Positions 1 to 11,812 are shown, counted from the whole stretch's first letter. The stretch is 63,544 nucleotides of DNA, filler included, from Chiloscyllium plagiosum (GCF_004010195.1; 4 parts of one record of this genome joined end to end with filler, not necessarily neighbours in it), one strand, 5' to 3'. Notes: generated by a model not told the origin, from the sequence alone. Made by a program: numbers and translations.

Positions 1-737
1 AATAGATGGGGTACTGGGCTAATGGTCGGATACTTGGTAGTGTGGATGAGCAGAGGGATCTTGGTGTCCATGTACACAGATCTCTGAAAGTTGCCACCCA
101 GGTAAATAGTGCGGTGAAGCAGGCATATGGCGTACTGGCTTTTATTGGTAGAGGAATTGAGTTCCGGAGTACTGAGGTCATGTTGCAGTTGTATAAGACT
201 CTGGTGCGGCCGCATCTGGAGTATTGTGTGCAGTTTTGGTCGCCATACTATAGGAAGGATGTGGAGGCACTGGAACGGGTGCAGAGGAGGTTTACCAGGA
301 TGTTGCCTGGTATGGTAGAAAGATCGTATGAGGAAAGGCTGAGGCACTTGGGTTTGTTTTCATTGGAGAAAAGAAGGTTTAGGGGTGACTTGATAGAGGT
401 GTACAAGATGATTAGGGTTTTAGATCGGGTCGACAGTGAGAATCTTTTCCCACGTATGGAGTTAGCTATTACAAGGGGGCATACCTTTAAATTAAGGGCT
501 GTTAGGTATAGGACAGATGTTAGGGGTAGGTTCTTTACTCAGCGAGTCGTGAGTTCATGGAATGCCCTGCCAGTAGCAGTGGTGGACTCTCCCTCATTAT
601 GGGCATTTAAGCGGGCATTGGATAGGCATATGGAGGCCAGTGGGCTAGTGTAGGTTTGGTGGGCTCGGATCCGCGCAACATCGAGGGCCGAAGGGCCTGT
701 ACTGCGCTGTATTCTTCTATGTTCTATGTTCTATGTT
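1..737 (+). mobile_element. CR1-clade LINE (HER1-like), 3' end of ORF2 plus 3' tail
   Basis: ORF 6-653 has the CR1 C-terminal motifs LYKTLVRPHLEYCVQFWSP, LERVQRRFTRM and FFTQRVV. It ends in a (TTCTATG)n tail at ~714-737. Confidence 0.95.
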
Positions 738-903
738 ACAGAGAGAGGACACCACCGTAGGAAAGCAAGGATAGAGATGTTACAGAGATAGGAAAGCAAG
801 GCTGGAGATGTTACAGAGAGAGAGGAAAGCAAGGCTGGAGACGTTACAGAGATAGGAAAGCCAGGCTGGAGATGTTACAGAGATCGGAAAGCAAGGCTGG
901 AGG
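738..903. repeat. ~31-bp minisatellite, 4-5 copies
   Basis: Repeated GAGATGTTACAGAGATAGGAAAGCAAGGCTG immediately after the LINE tail. Confidence 0.85.
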
Positions 904-1442
904 TGGTCAAGAGACAGCGTGGCCTGTGCATGCTAGAAGAGGTTAGTGAGATATATTTAAATTCATTCACAGGATATCGGGAGAGGTGTAGCCGCTGGAG
1001 ATTAGAAACTGGGAGGAGTGTAGGGGTTGGCGGAATTCACAGTGAAAGATGGGGCTGGAGAATGACATAACGATTGTGGAGATATGGAGGGTTACTGAGA
1101 TACAGATGGATGCAGCGGCTCGTGGAGATGACAGGGAAAGATGCAGAGATACACGTATTTAATTTAGAAACGGTATCGTGCAATGACTTAACAGAGAAAA
1201 AATATTGTAGAAATCTGTGGAATAGACAAGGTACTGGGAGGAACTGAAGGAGTGAGACCTTGGAGTGTCCAATCACAAGAGTCATACAGACAGAAAAGGC
1301 CCTTCAATTGACAGTGACAAAAACAAAGAAAGCCCTGCAGACGCTGGAAATCCCTCCTTCCTAACGTCTGGTGGCTAAGGCAAGACTTGGGAGAGGTGTC
1401 TTACAGACTGTTCAAGCAACAATGTGACATAAAAAAATCAGA

Positions 1443-1733
1443 CGGTGTCAGATTAAACACTGACACAGAAATCTCCTGCAGACTCCGCTCCCCCAGATTC
1501 ACAGTGTCAGATCAAACACAGACACGGAAACCTCCTGCTGACTCCCCTCCCCCAGCCTCATGGTGTCAGATCAAACACTGACACGGAAACCTCCTGCTGA
1601 CTCCCCTCCCTCAGCCTCACGGTGTCAGATTAAACACTGACACGGAAACCTCCTGCTGACTCCCCACCCTCAGCCTCACGGTGTCAGATTAAACACTGAC
1701 ACGTAAACCTCCTGCTGACTTCCCTCCCTCAGC
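1443..1733. repeat. 59-bp minisatellite, 5 copies, each with a hairpin
   Basis: Units start at 1443, 1502, 1561, 1620 and 1679. Each carries GTGTCAG-N8-CTGACAC (one copy has a mismatch). Confidence 0.95.
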
Positions 1734-3254
1734 TGATGGATCAATGTCCCTCCACATTAACAACACTTGCAGGGAGCCCTGAGAGAGTGACAGAGCTGGA
1801 GAATGTATACTGGTTGGACTATTTCAAAACCACCGCCAAGTCGGGTTCAGTAGCAGCACTGCTGAAATAGATGATCGGGTCAAAAAAGGACATAGCTGCA
1901 AGACTGGGTCTGCACTGGGTCTGGTGGGAAGGGGGTGGGGGGGCTGAGAGTGAAAAACCTACTGGCGGCAGACACATTGATCGATTACCTTATTGGGAAC
2001 GGTGACACCGCACACAGTATTTCTGGGGATATAGTCCCACTTTTACATGTGTATGTGTGTGTGCGTGTACATGCATGAGCGCGCATGTGACAGATACTGT
2101 CACCATCGTAAATGGGACAGATTTTGAAGATATCTAGAACTCAGCACTGGCCTGTGTGAGGTGCTTTGGGTCATTACCAAAAGCAGAAGAATTGTACTCC
2201 AGCACAATTTTCACTGTCATTGCCTGGCATATGCTCCACTTTACCCTGACCATCAGTCCAGGAGATAAGCCCTTATTCAATGGAGAATACAGGAGCGCCT
2301 ACCAAGAGCAGCACCAGGTACACCTCAAAATGAGGTGACGTTGCCAAACAGGACCACTGACTCACCAAATAGCATAAACAGCTCGTGACAGACAGATCTA
2401 ATCAACAAATCAGACCTAATCTCTGCATTCCGATCACATGTTATCAGCATGAATTGTGTGGTAAATCAAACAACTCTCTAGAGGAGCAGGATCCACAAAT
2501 ACCACGTTCCTGAATGATGGAAGCGTTCAGCACAACAATAGAAAAGCTAAGACTGAAACATTCACAGCAATGTTCAGACAGAAGTATCGATGGGATGATC
2601 TATTTTAGTCTCCTCCAGATGGCATCTTCAGCTAATTCAATTCATTTTGCGTGGTATCTCCAAGTGGCTGGACGGATGGGGAATGCAAAGGCTGTGGGCC
2701 CTTATAACCTTTCATTCAAGTTGTTCCTGCTGGGATACAACACTGGCATATACCTGAAAATGTGGGGAACTATCCAGGTGTGTCCTGTACACACACAGAC
2801 CAAACATCAGACAATCAGTGACTGCCCCATTGCTCTAATCCCTATCACTAATAAAGTGTTGGATTGGTACTGGAATCTACAGTGGGATCAAGCAGCACTT
2901 CCTCAGCACCAACCTGCTCACTGAAATTCAGCTTGGGCTCTGCCAGGGCCGTTCATCCCTTTGGCTCATTGAAGCCTTGGTTTAACGATGTACAACAAGA
3001 AAATGCACCGCTGAATTCTAAAGGTAAGGCGGAAGTGACTACACGTTTAACGTAATCATAACTGCACTTATCCAAGTGTCGCATCCAGGATTAACAGCAA
3101 AACTGGAGCAAATAGGAATCGTCTGCACTGGCTGAAGTCATACCTGGTACAAAGGAAGGTGGTTGGGGTTGGTGGAGAGTATCCATCTCAGCTCCACAGC
3201 AGTGTTGGTGTTTGAGTAAGCCCGTAGATCAAAAATGGAAAGATAAGGCATCAT

Positions 3255-3447
3255 ACTCCTACGGGATGATAGGGCTGCTCTCTCGTTAGAGAGGACTGTT
3301 GGTAGTTTAACTGTACAGTCATCACGCCTCAAGTAAGGGAGAGTTTGAGTAGGACAGTCCTTTAGTCATCCCAGTCAGTGAAGGAAATGAACCCACACTA
3401 CTGGCATTAATAATTAGCTGTTTTACTGATTGAGCTAACCGAGTCCT
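3255..3447 (-). mobile_element. Unclassified tRNA-derived SINE, degenerate
   Basis: Minus strand starts GGACTCGGTTAGCTCAATCAG (A-box-like) and later has GGGTTCATTTCC (B-box-like). Confidence 0.5.
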
Positions 3448-3479
3448 TGCTCAGCTCCTTGGGGAAGATACTGTAACAT

Positions 3480-3585
3480 TATTCTGTTCAGATATGTTGA
3501 TAGACACCTCTGGAACAGGTGGAACTAGAACCAAGCCTCCTAACCTCGAGAGAGGGACAGTATCAGTGAGCTATAAGAGTGCTCT
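3480..3585 (-). mobile_element. Second unclassified SINE-like repeat, same family as 29385-29480
   Basis: Minus strand GATACTGTCCCT...GGAGGCTTGGTTCTAGTTCCACCTGTTCCAGAGGTGTC resembles GATAGTGTTCCT...GAAGGCCTGGATTCAAGTCCTGCCTGTTGCAGAGGTATGTC at ~29394. Confidence 0.45.
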
Positions 3586-3917
3586 CTGCCCGAGGCCCAA
3601 TCATAAATGACCCTCCCTATACATTAAAGTCACAAGTGGGGATACTTGCCAATGATTGGACAATGTTCAGAACATTTCGTGATTTACTCAGATACTGAAG
3701 CAATCCTTATCCAAATGTAACAACGACCTGTAAATATGCAGGCGTGTGCTTAACAGTGACAAGGACCACTTCCATTACACACGTGCCAGACAACAATTAC
3801 CTCTAACAATACAGAACTGAACCATATCTTCTAACGGTCAATGCCACCACATTCACTGAACACCCACCGAGCAATATCCCGGGGATTACTGTAAACCAGA
3901 ACTGGAATTTCATTCCC

Positions 3918-4008
3918 CATTCCTGTGAAGGGCTTATGGTAAAATATCGATTCTCCTGTCCCTCAAATGCTGCTTGACCTGTTGTGCTTTTCCAGCGAAA
4001 CACTTTTC
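3918..4008 (+). mobile_element. Penelope-like terminal-repeat fragment with a decayed hammerhead
   Basis: ATTCCTGTGAAGGGCTTATGGTAAAATATCGATT reads as an eroded CTGATGA-A-GGGC-loop-GCCC-GAAACGTC. The following sequence matches the reverse complement of ~5190-5242. Confidence 0.5.
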
Positions 4009-4068
4009 GTCGTATGTAAATTAAAAGGCTACAAGATTGTGTCAGGAGCTAGGAACCCTGCATACGTA

Positions 4069-4372
4069 CGGTGGCACAGTAGTTAGCAATGTTGCTTCAC
4101 AACGCCAGAGACCCGGGTTCAATTCCTGTCTCGGGTAACTGTCTGTGTGGAGTTTGCACATTCTCCCCGTGTCTGCGTGGGTTTGCTCCGATTTCCTCCC
4201 ACAGTCGAAAGATGTGCAGGTTAGGTGAATTGGCCATACTAAATTGCCTGTAGTGTTAGGTGAAGGGATAAATGTAGGGGACCGGGTCTGGGTGGTTTCC
4301 TCTTCGGAGGGTCGGTGTGGACTTGTTGGGCCAAAAGGCCTGTTTCCACACTGAAATGTAATCTAATCTAAT
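4069..4372 (+). mobile_element. HE1-type SINE
   Basis: A box TGGCACAGTAGTT, B box GGGTTCAATTCC, body TGTGTGGAGTTTGCACATTCTCCCCG, LINE-like 3' end GGCCTGTTTCCACACTG and an (AATCT)n tail. Confidence 0.92.
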
Positions 4373-5140
4373 AATTTACCTCACGATTTCTGCAAGCCTC
4401 TCCCCTATCTATTAGATACACTATGAATGTGTGTGTGATGAAATACCCCCCCCCCCCCACCATTTGCCTGTGTGAGTGCAGCTCCACTCCTCATCCACTG
4501 ACACTCAGTAGTAGCAATACCTGCTATCTACACGGTGCTCTGCAGAAATTTACCGAGGCTCCTTACAACGTACCTCCGAAGCCACAACCATCAAGATGGA
4601 CAAGGGAAGCAGATATACGAGAGCCCCACTATGTTCCGATTCCGATCCAAGCCACCCACCATCCTGATTGGGAAATATATTGCTGTTCCTTCAGTGTCAC
4701 TGGTTCAATTTCCTCCTGAATGGTATTGGAAGTCGGATTACAACACATGGACTGCAGTGTGTCAGTGCAGCAGCTCACTACCACCTTCTCAAGGGCAACC
4801 AGGGACGGACAATCAATATTGGCCCAATCATATTCTATGAACAAATTCAAATGAAAAATATTGTCCAAACATGCCCAGTGCTGGACACTGTGCTTTGGGT
4901 TTTGTGAGTTCAGGCTGGTTGAGTTCAGTCCGTAACTTGCTTGTTGTGAACAGCTGAAGGGTTAATCTGTCATTTTTTTCAGAGGCATGGCCTTCATACC
5001 GAGCATCACACAGACATTGACACCCATCACTGAGCTCTGAGATAGACGTAAGCAATTCAAAATGTACTCATATCTGACTAACATGTTTAAACACACAGTG
5101 AAGTTGTTACCACATAAGGGATTATGAGTGAATATTACCA

Positions 5141-5243
5141 GGGAGAAGGTGAGGACTGCAGATGCTGAAGATCAGAGTAAACAAATGTTGTTCTGAAAAC
5201 GCACAGCCGTTCAGGCAGCATCTGGGGAGCAGGATAGTCGACT
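5141..5243 (-). mobile_element. Penelope-like terminal-repeat fragment (same family as 3918-4008)
   Basis: GAAAACGCACAGCCGTTCAGGCAGCATCTGGGGAGCAGGATAGTCGAC is the reverse complement of ~3947-3995, with mismatches. Confidence 0.5.
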
Positions 5244-6450
5244 ATTAGTTCACAACATTAATTCAAAGGGAAAATAATTGTATATTTTCAAAGTCCTTGC
5301 ACTTAATAATAACTTGGTCTTGGATGTGGAAATGAGACTCATCATTTCAATGCTCCATCTTGTGAGTTGTGCACTTTTTTCATCATATTGTTACGAAAAT
5401 GAACTGAATAAAGGGAGGAATTTGTGTTTATTGGATAATCTAAAAGTTGGTATTATGAAAGGATGTCGGATCTTCAGTAAAGCTACTTTGCTGTTAATGG
5501 TTTGAACAATGCTGCAAACATTTACACAGAGATTTCCAGCTCAAGTCACACACAAGGACGTTGGGCTGAGCTGATGACGGCCATCATTGGAGCTGCACAA
5601 TTCTGTTTGAATACTGACATTGTGGAGCTAACATACACTGTATATGGTATATGAGGAATTGAATGCAAGATGCCATGTGCTACAGGAACCCTTCACCTTT
5701 ATAACACCTTCATTCAGAATCGGGTCCAAGGTACAGAATTGCACAGTTTAGATGGCACACCAGAAGGGATATACTTGCAAGACATGGTTGTTTCCAGGTC
5801 ATTTTTACAACTGTTGAACTGCGTCTGGACCAGCGCCATGTGCTAGTCCATTGACCAGTCTGCCCCACACATATCTCCCTGTTGTTCAGGTATGTCTCTA
5901 ACCAGTCTATTGCGAAGGATTGTGTGAATAACTGCCCAGCTCCAGTTTGGAAGCTCTCTGGACAGAATTTGGAGATGGTCAGTGTATTGGAGGTCGTGGT
6001 GTGGGCCAGTAAAACTGTGTCTGAATGTAGGTTGTTTCTCAATGTCATTTCCAATAGCTTTGCTGCCTGCAAGATGGTGTGTTCACTGAACTGAACATGA
6101 ATCAGCTGTTTACTGGAGTCACCGAATTGTGTAATCGTTAGGTGTGCGCTCTGGTAAATCAATTATTGTTCACTTCAATTGCTTTCAACTGAATAACAAT
6201 GATGTTTGGTTTATTTTAAAATATGTAAGAAATAAAGTGATATTAACTCTTCATTATACAGAATATAAAAGTGACCTGTTGTATATTTCCCACAGACTAA
6301 TCAAGCAACAATCAGATATTGTTTAGAAAGCAAGATTATTTGAACAGGACTCTGTCCCAGGCAAAATCACCATTCTCTCTGGTAAGTTCTGTCCCACTGA
6401 AAGGACACAGCCAGGCAGAAGAGGGCAGCTCATTGGCATATAGTCAATAT

Positions 6451-6701
6451 AGGGCGGCATGGTAGCTCAATGGTTAGCACTGCTACCTCACAGCACCAGG
6501 GACCCAGGTTTGATTACAGCCTTGGGCAACTGCCTGTGTGGAGTTTGCACATTCTCCCTGTCTGCGTGGGTTTGCTCCCACAGTACAAAGAAATGCAGCT
6601 CAGATGATTTGGCCATGGTAGTGGGTTGCTCTTCGGAGGGTTGGTGTGAACTGGCTGGGCCGAAGGGTCTGTTCCCACGCTGTTCGGAATCTAATCTAAT
6701 C
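6451..6701 (+). mobile_element. HE1-type SINE, internally deleted
   Basis: GGGCGGCATGGTAGCTCAATGGTTAGCACTG head, HE1 body and AATCTAATCTAATC tail. Confidence 0.9.
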
Positions 6702-7029
6702 ATAGTGCTCAGCATTGATGCCGGATCTTGTGGCTGCGAGACTGCTCTGTGGCAGGTTTTGGAGAACCAATAAAAGGGAAATATATAATTGGCCACATCA
6801 TCACCGACCTGCCTACTGCAGATACAACTCTCCATTCATATGTCAGTAACAATGTTCACAGTACAGTCCTTATGGGGAGCAAGGGCTATATTCACATTTT
6901 GCAGACTATCACTATGATAGGTACTGAATGGTACAGTCTTTAAACAGATTCAGCAACTAATGAGGATGAATCGATGAGGTACAATGGCCCATCGACAGCA
7001 GCACAATCATATTCTGTACAACTCATACA

Positions 7030-8636
7030 GTGACATACCTCCCACTGTACAGCAACCATCACGGCTCGACATACCTCCCACTGTACAGTAACCATCACGG
7101 CCCGACATACCTCCCACTGTACAGTAACCATCACGGTCTGACATACTTCCCACTGTACAGTAACCATCACAGTCCGACATACCTCCCACTGTACAGTAAC
7201 CATCACGGCCCGACATATCTCCCACTGTACAGTACCATCACGGTCTGACATACCCCCCACTGTACAGTAACCATCACGACCCGACATATCTCCCACTGTA
7301 CAGTAACCATCACGGCCCGACATATCTCCCACTGTACAGTAACCATCACGGTCTGACATACCTCCCACTGCACAGTAACCATCACGGTCTGACATACCTC
7401 CCACTGTACTATAACCATCACGGCCCGACATATCTCCCACTGTACAGTATCCATCACAGACGGACATACCTCCCACTGTGCAGTAACCGTCACAGCCGGA
7501 CATACCTCCGACTGTCTAGTAACGATCACGGACTACCAGAGGATGTGGTGGAGGCTGGTACAATTGCAACATTTAAGAGGCATTTGAACGGGTATATGGA
7601 TAGGAAGGGTGTGGAGGGAAACGGGCCGGGTGCTGGCAGGTGGGACTAGATTGGGTTGGGATATCTGGTCGGCATGGACGGGTTGGACCGAATGGTCTGT
7701 TTCCATGCTGTACATCTCTATGACTCTATGTAAAGTAGCCATCACGCACCATACCTCCCACTGCACAGTAACCGTCACAGCCCGACATACCTCCCACTGT
7801 ACAGTAACTATCACGGCCCGACATACCACCCACTGTACAGTAACCATCACAACCCGACATTCCTCCCACTGTACAGTAACCATCACGGCCCGACAAACCT
7901 CCCAAGTACAGTAACCATCACGGCCCGACATACCTTCCACTGTACAGTAATCATCACGGCACAACACACCTCCCACTATACAGTAACTGTCACGGCCCGA
8001 CATACCTCCCACTGTACAGTAACCGTCACAGCCCGACATACCTCCTACTGTACAGTAACTGGCACGGCCCAACATACCTCCCACTGTACAATAACCGTCA
8101 CGGCCCGACATACCTCCAACTGTACAGTAACCGTCACGGACCGACATACCTCCCACTGTACAGTAACCATCATACCCCGACGTACCTTCCACTGTACAGT
8201 AACCATCACGGCCCGACATACCTCCCACTGTACAGTAACCATCACGGCCTGACATACCTCCCACTGTACAGTAACCATCACTTCCCGACATACCTCCCAC
8301 TGTACAATACCCATCACACCCCGACATACCTCCCACTGTACAGTAACCATCACCGCCCGACATACCTCCCACTGTAAAGAAACCATCACGGCCCGACATA
8401 CCTCCCACTGTACAGTAACCATCACGGCCCGAAATACCTCCCATTATACAGTAACCATCACGGCTCGACATACCTCCCACTGTACAGTAACCTTCACGGC
8501 CTGACATATCTCCCACTGTACAGTAACCATCACCGCCCGACATACCTCCCAATGTAGAGTCACCATCATGGTCTGACATACCTCTCACTGTACAGTAACT
8601 ATCTCGGTCCAACATATCTCCCACTCTACGGTAACT
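7030..8636. repeat. 36-bp minisatellite, ~39 copies
   Basis: Unit ACCATCACGGCCCGACATACCTCCCACTGTACAGTA. It explains the 12-aa-repeat ORFs (GGMSGRDGYCTV). Confidence 0.97.
7533..7730 (+). mobile_element. 5'-truncated CR1 3' end inserted in the minisatellite
   Basis: CCAGAGGATGTGGTGGAGGCTGGTACAATTGCAACATTTAAGAGGCATTTG... ending in CTCTATGACTCTATG. Confidence 0.9.
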
Positions 8637-9604
8637 GGGTCAGTGATGACTGCAGAAGGAGATTCTGGGAGCAGCAACAGCCCGACCTAGAGAGGAGGGA
8701 CCACCTAGACAAACACTTACTGCCTTCAACTCCAAAACGGGACGACTTGTATTCCGACAGCACAAGCAGCAAGTGATGGAAAGCGCTCAGATTCCACTAT
8801 CAATGGTTCAGATCTATCTTGCAGTCCTGCCACATGTAGTTATAAAAGATAGCGGACAATGAAAGAGACCACTGGAGGAGGAGGCTGCTGCTCTCCAACA
8901 ATGAAATCCCCAATTATTGGGGAGCCCAGCACATCAGGAATAACATAAAGCTGCTGCATTTGTAAGACCTTTCAGCCAGGCGGGTTGAGCAGATGATCGA
9001 TTTCATCCTCCTTCAGTAGGCCCCAGCATCACTGACCCCAATCTTCAAACAATTCGAATCACTCCACACAATGTCAAGAAATGGCTGGAGACAGTGTATA
9101 CTGTGATTTAACTCCTGAGATTGCCACATCTCTAACCAAGCTGTTCCATTCCAGCAAGAACATTGACACCTACCAACAATGTGATAAACTGCCCGAGTGT
9201 GTCCTGTGAACAAAACGCAGGGGGAGGGGTATTTGAAATGTTGGCAACAGGGCGGTGGGTTGATTTTCGGGTGTTCTGGAGTTATTTTGTGAAGCGTCTG
9301 TGAGAAGGCGCCCAGTCTCCTCATCTCTTGTACATTGGGGACACTGGATACCTTATCGCAGAGCACTTTAGAGAACATCTCCGGACACCTGCACCAGTCA
9401 ACCTCCCCACCACCCCTCCCAAAACCCTTTGGGTAGAATTCCAACCTGTGCGGTCAAGCCCCAATGGATTTCTAAACCATCGACTAAACCACTAGAGTAC
9501 AACAACATGCTTACAGAGGTTACAAAGTTAAGGAGGAACGTTGGGACTGGAGAAAAATACCAAAATAGGGAGGGTTTAAGATTGAAGGATTCTGCAGAAA
9601 AACG

Positions 9605-9912
9605 TTACAGGGTTAAGGGCAGGATTCTTGACAGTATGGAGTAACAGAAAAATCTTGGGGTCAACGTCCAGAGATCCTTTAAAGTTGCCAGACGAGTTGT
9701 TAGGGTTGTTAAGAAAGCCAATGATGTGTCAGCTTTTGTATGCAGGGGGATTGAGTTTAAGAGCTGTCAGATTATGCTGCGGCTCGATATAGCCTGTGGT
9801 TAGACTACAATTGGAATATTGTGTTCAGTTCTGGTTGCCTCATTACAAGAAACACGTGGAAGCTTTAGAGAGGGTGCAGAGGAGATTTATCACGATGCTG
9901 CCTGGACTGGAC
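9605..9912 (+). mobile_element. CR1 LINE fragment
   Basis: Encodes VRLQLEYCVQFWLPHYKKHVEALERVQRRFITMLPGL. Confidence 0.85.
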
Positions 9913-10457
9913 CATAGAACAGAAAGAATACAGCGCAGTACAGGCCCTTCGGCCCTTGACGTTGCGCAGATCCAAGCCCACCAAACCTACACTAGCCCAC
10001 TATACTCCATATGCTTATCCAATGCCCGCTTAAATGCCCATAATGAGGGAGAGTCCACCACTGCTACTGGCAGGGCATTCCATGAACTCACGACTCGCTG
10101 AGTAAAGAACCTACCCCTAACATCTGTCCTATACCTAACCCCCCTTAATTTAAAGCTTTGCCCCCTTGTAATAGCTGACTCCATACTTGGAAGAAGATTC
10201 TCACTGTCGACCCAATATAAACCCCTCATCATCTTGTACACCTCTATCAAGTCACCCCTAAACCTTCTTTTCTCCAATGAAAACAACCCCACGTGCCTCA
10301 GCCTTTCCTCACACGATCTTTCAGCCATACCAGGCAACATCCTGGTAAACCTCCTCTGCACACGTTCCAGTGCCTCCACATCCTTCCTATAATATGGCGA
10401 CCAAAACTGCACACAATACTCCAGATGCGGCCGCACCAGAGTCTTATACAACTGCAA
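9913..10457 (-). mobile_element. CR1 (HER1-like) 3' fragment, close relative of 1-737
   Basis: ORF 9987-10517 is nearly identical to ORF 6-653. Tail CATAGAACAGAAAG lies at the left end. Confidence 0.95.
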
Positions 10458-10469
10458 CACACACACACA

Positions 10470-10786
10470 TATCTCGGAACTGCTGAAATAGTGCACTGTT
10501 ACTGAGAACACACTCACACAACTCGGAACTGCTGAAACAGTGCACTGTCACTGAGAACACGCACACTAGGAACTGCTGAAACAGTGCACTGTCACTGAGA
10601 ACACGCACACTAGGAACTGCTGAAACAGTGCACTGTCACTGAGAACACGCACACTAGGAACTGCTGAAACAGTGCACTGTCACTGAGAACACGCACACTA
10701 GGAACTGCTGAAACAGTGCACTGTCACTGAGAACACGCACACTAGGAACTGCTGAAACAGTGCACTGTCACTGAGAACACACACAC
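10470..10786. repeat. 44-bp minisatellite, at least 7 copies, running into a gap
   Basis: Unit CTAGGAACTGCTGAAACAGTGCACTGTCACTGAGAACACGCACA, containing the 12-bp palindrome ACAGTGCACTGT. Confidence 0.95.
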
Positions 10787-10886
10787 NNNNNNNNNNNNNN
10801 NNNNNNNNNNNNNNNNNNNNNNNNNNNNNNTTAATTAATTAANNNNNNNNNNNNNNNNNNNNNNNNNNNNNNNNNNNNNNNNNNNN
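10787..10886. other. Artificial scaffold linker (44N-TTAATTAATTAA-44N)
   Basis: The same 100-nt structure occurs three times. The 12-mer puts stop codons in all six frames. Confidence 0.9.
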
Positions 10887-11640
10887 CTCCCTCTCTCGCT
10901 CTCTCGCCTCCCCACTCTCTCGATCTCTCATTCTCTCCCTGCTCCTCTCTTTCTCTCTCTCCCTCTCCTCTACTATCTCTATTGCACACTTTCTCTCTCT
11001 CTTCGCCCCTCTCTATAGGTCTTGCCCACTTTCTCACTCTCAATCTCTGTATGTCTCTGTCTCCCTCTCTCTCGCTGTTTCGCTCCCTCTCTCTCTCCCC
11101 CTCCCTCGCCCCTCTCTCTCATTATCTCCTCCAGATTTCTCTCTCTCTCCCTCACCCTGCCCCTCCCTTGCCCCCCTCCCCCCTCGGTTCCTTCACTATC
11201 TCTCCACTTTCTCTCACACTCGATCTCCCTCCTTTGGTATCTCTCGCTCTGTTTTTCTTTGACTGAAACTCTCTCCCTACTGTCCCTCCCTCCCTCTCTG
11301 ACAGAATCTGCTTCCCTGATCCTCCTCTCTCCCTCTAACCCAGAGACTGGGGCGGTTGGTGATGAGGCTGTGTGTGATGGTTGTGGGTGTGAGAGGACTA
11401 AGAAATGTAGGATGAGAAGAGAGGCAGGTAGGAGTTGCGGTAGGGAGACAGAGACGGCAGGAAAATGAGAGTGAAGGTGAGGGAGAGAGAGGAATCGAGG
11501 CAGGTGGAGAAACCGAGGAGGGGCGTGTGTGTATGAGAGGGGAGACGTGGGAGAGTGAAAGGGAGTGGTGGTGAGAAAGAGTGAGGGTGCAGAAAGAGAG
11601 AGAGAGAAATGAGGAGGAAGTGTAAGGGACAGGAAATCGG
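10887..11640. repeat. Low-complexity CT-rich tract followed by a GA-rich tract
   Basis: Pyrimidine-rich 10887-11340, then purine-rich 11341-11640. Confidence 0.85.
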
Positions 11641-11812
11641 GAGCCCAGTTTGGAGTGGGGGGACAGAGGGAGTTAAACCCAGCTCCTGAGGTCAGGGCGC
11701 GCTGCCCACCTTTCCTGAGAACCAGGACATGGGGCTGATCTGTCTTCCTCCAGCTCAGCTTCTTCAACACAAGGACACACAAAAACATTGGTCACTCTGC
11801 TGCTTGGCACGC

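Larger units (their letters stand above)
2190..4830 (+). mobile_element. Old, degenerate CR1/L2-group LINE, interrupted by SINEs and a PLE fragment
   Basis: Decayed RT-region sequence also seen at 8635-9215 and 37600-40300. 3' end reads CAGCTCACTACCACCTTCTCAAGGGCAACCAGGGACGGACAATCAAT. Confidence 0.7.
6702..9215 (+). mobile_element. Old CR1/L2-group LINE (endonuclease end to RT) split by a minisatellite
   Basis: 6760-6870 encodes a decayed APE C-terminus (GEPIKGKYIIGHIITDLP...NNVHSTV). 8635-9215 continues the same element, in register with the copies at 2220-2800 and 37930-38330. Confidence 0.7.

Noticed and set aside
6..653. 215-aa ORF as a host gene
   Set aside because: It is the C-terminus of CR1 ORF2, and related copies are repeated many times in the window.
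4069..4140. tRNA genes at SINE heads (also 6451, 57557, 63276)
   Set aside because: A and B boxes run straight into the HE1 body, with no full cloverleaf.
6940..8624. Cys/Gly-rich repeat 'proteins' (GGMSGRDGYCTV)n
   Set aside because: They are a by-product of a 36-bp unit lacking stops. Frames shift freely and the ORFs run through a CR1 insertion.
10979..11788. 269-aa minus ORF and overlapping plus ORFs
   Set aside because: Translation of low-complexity CT/GA tracts.
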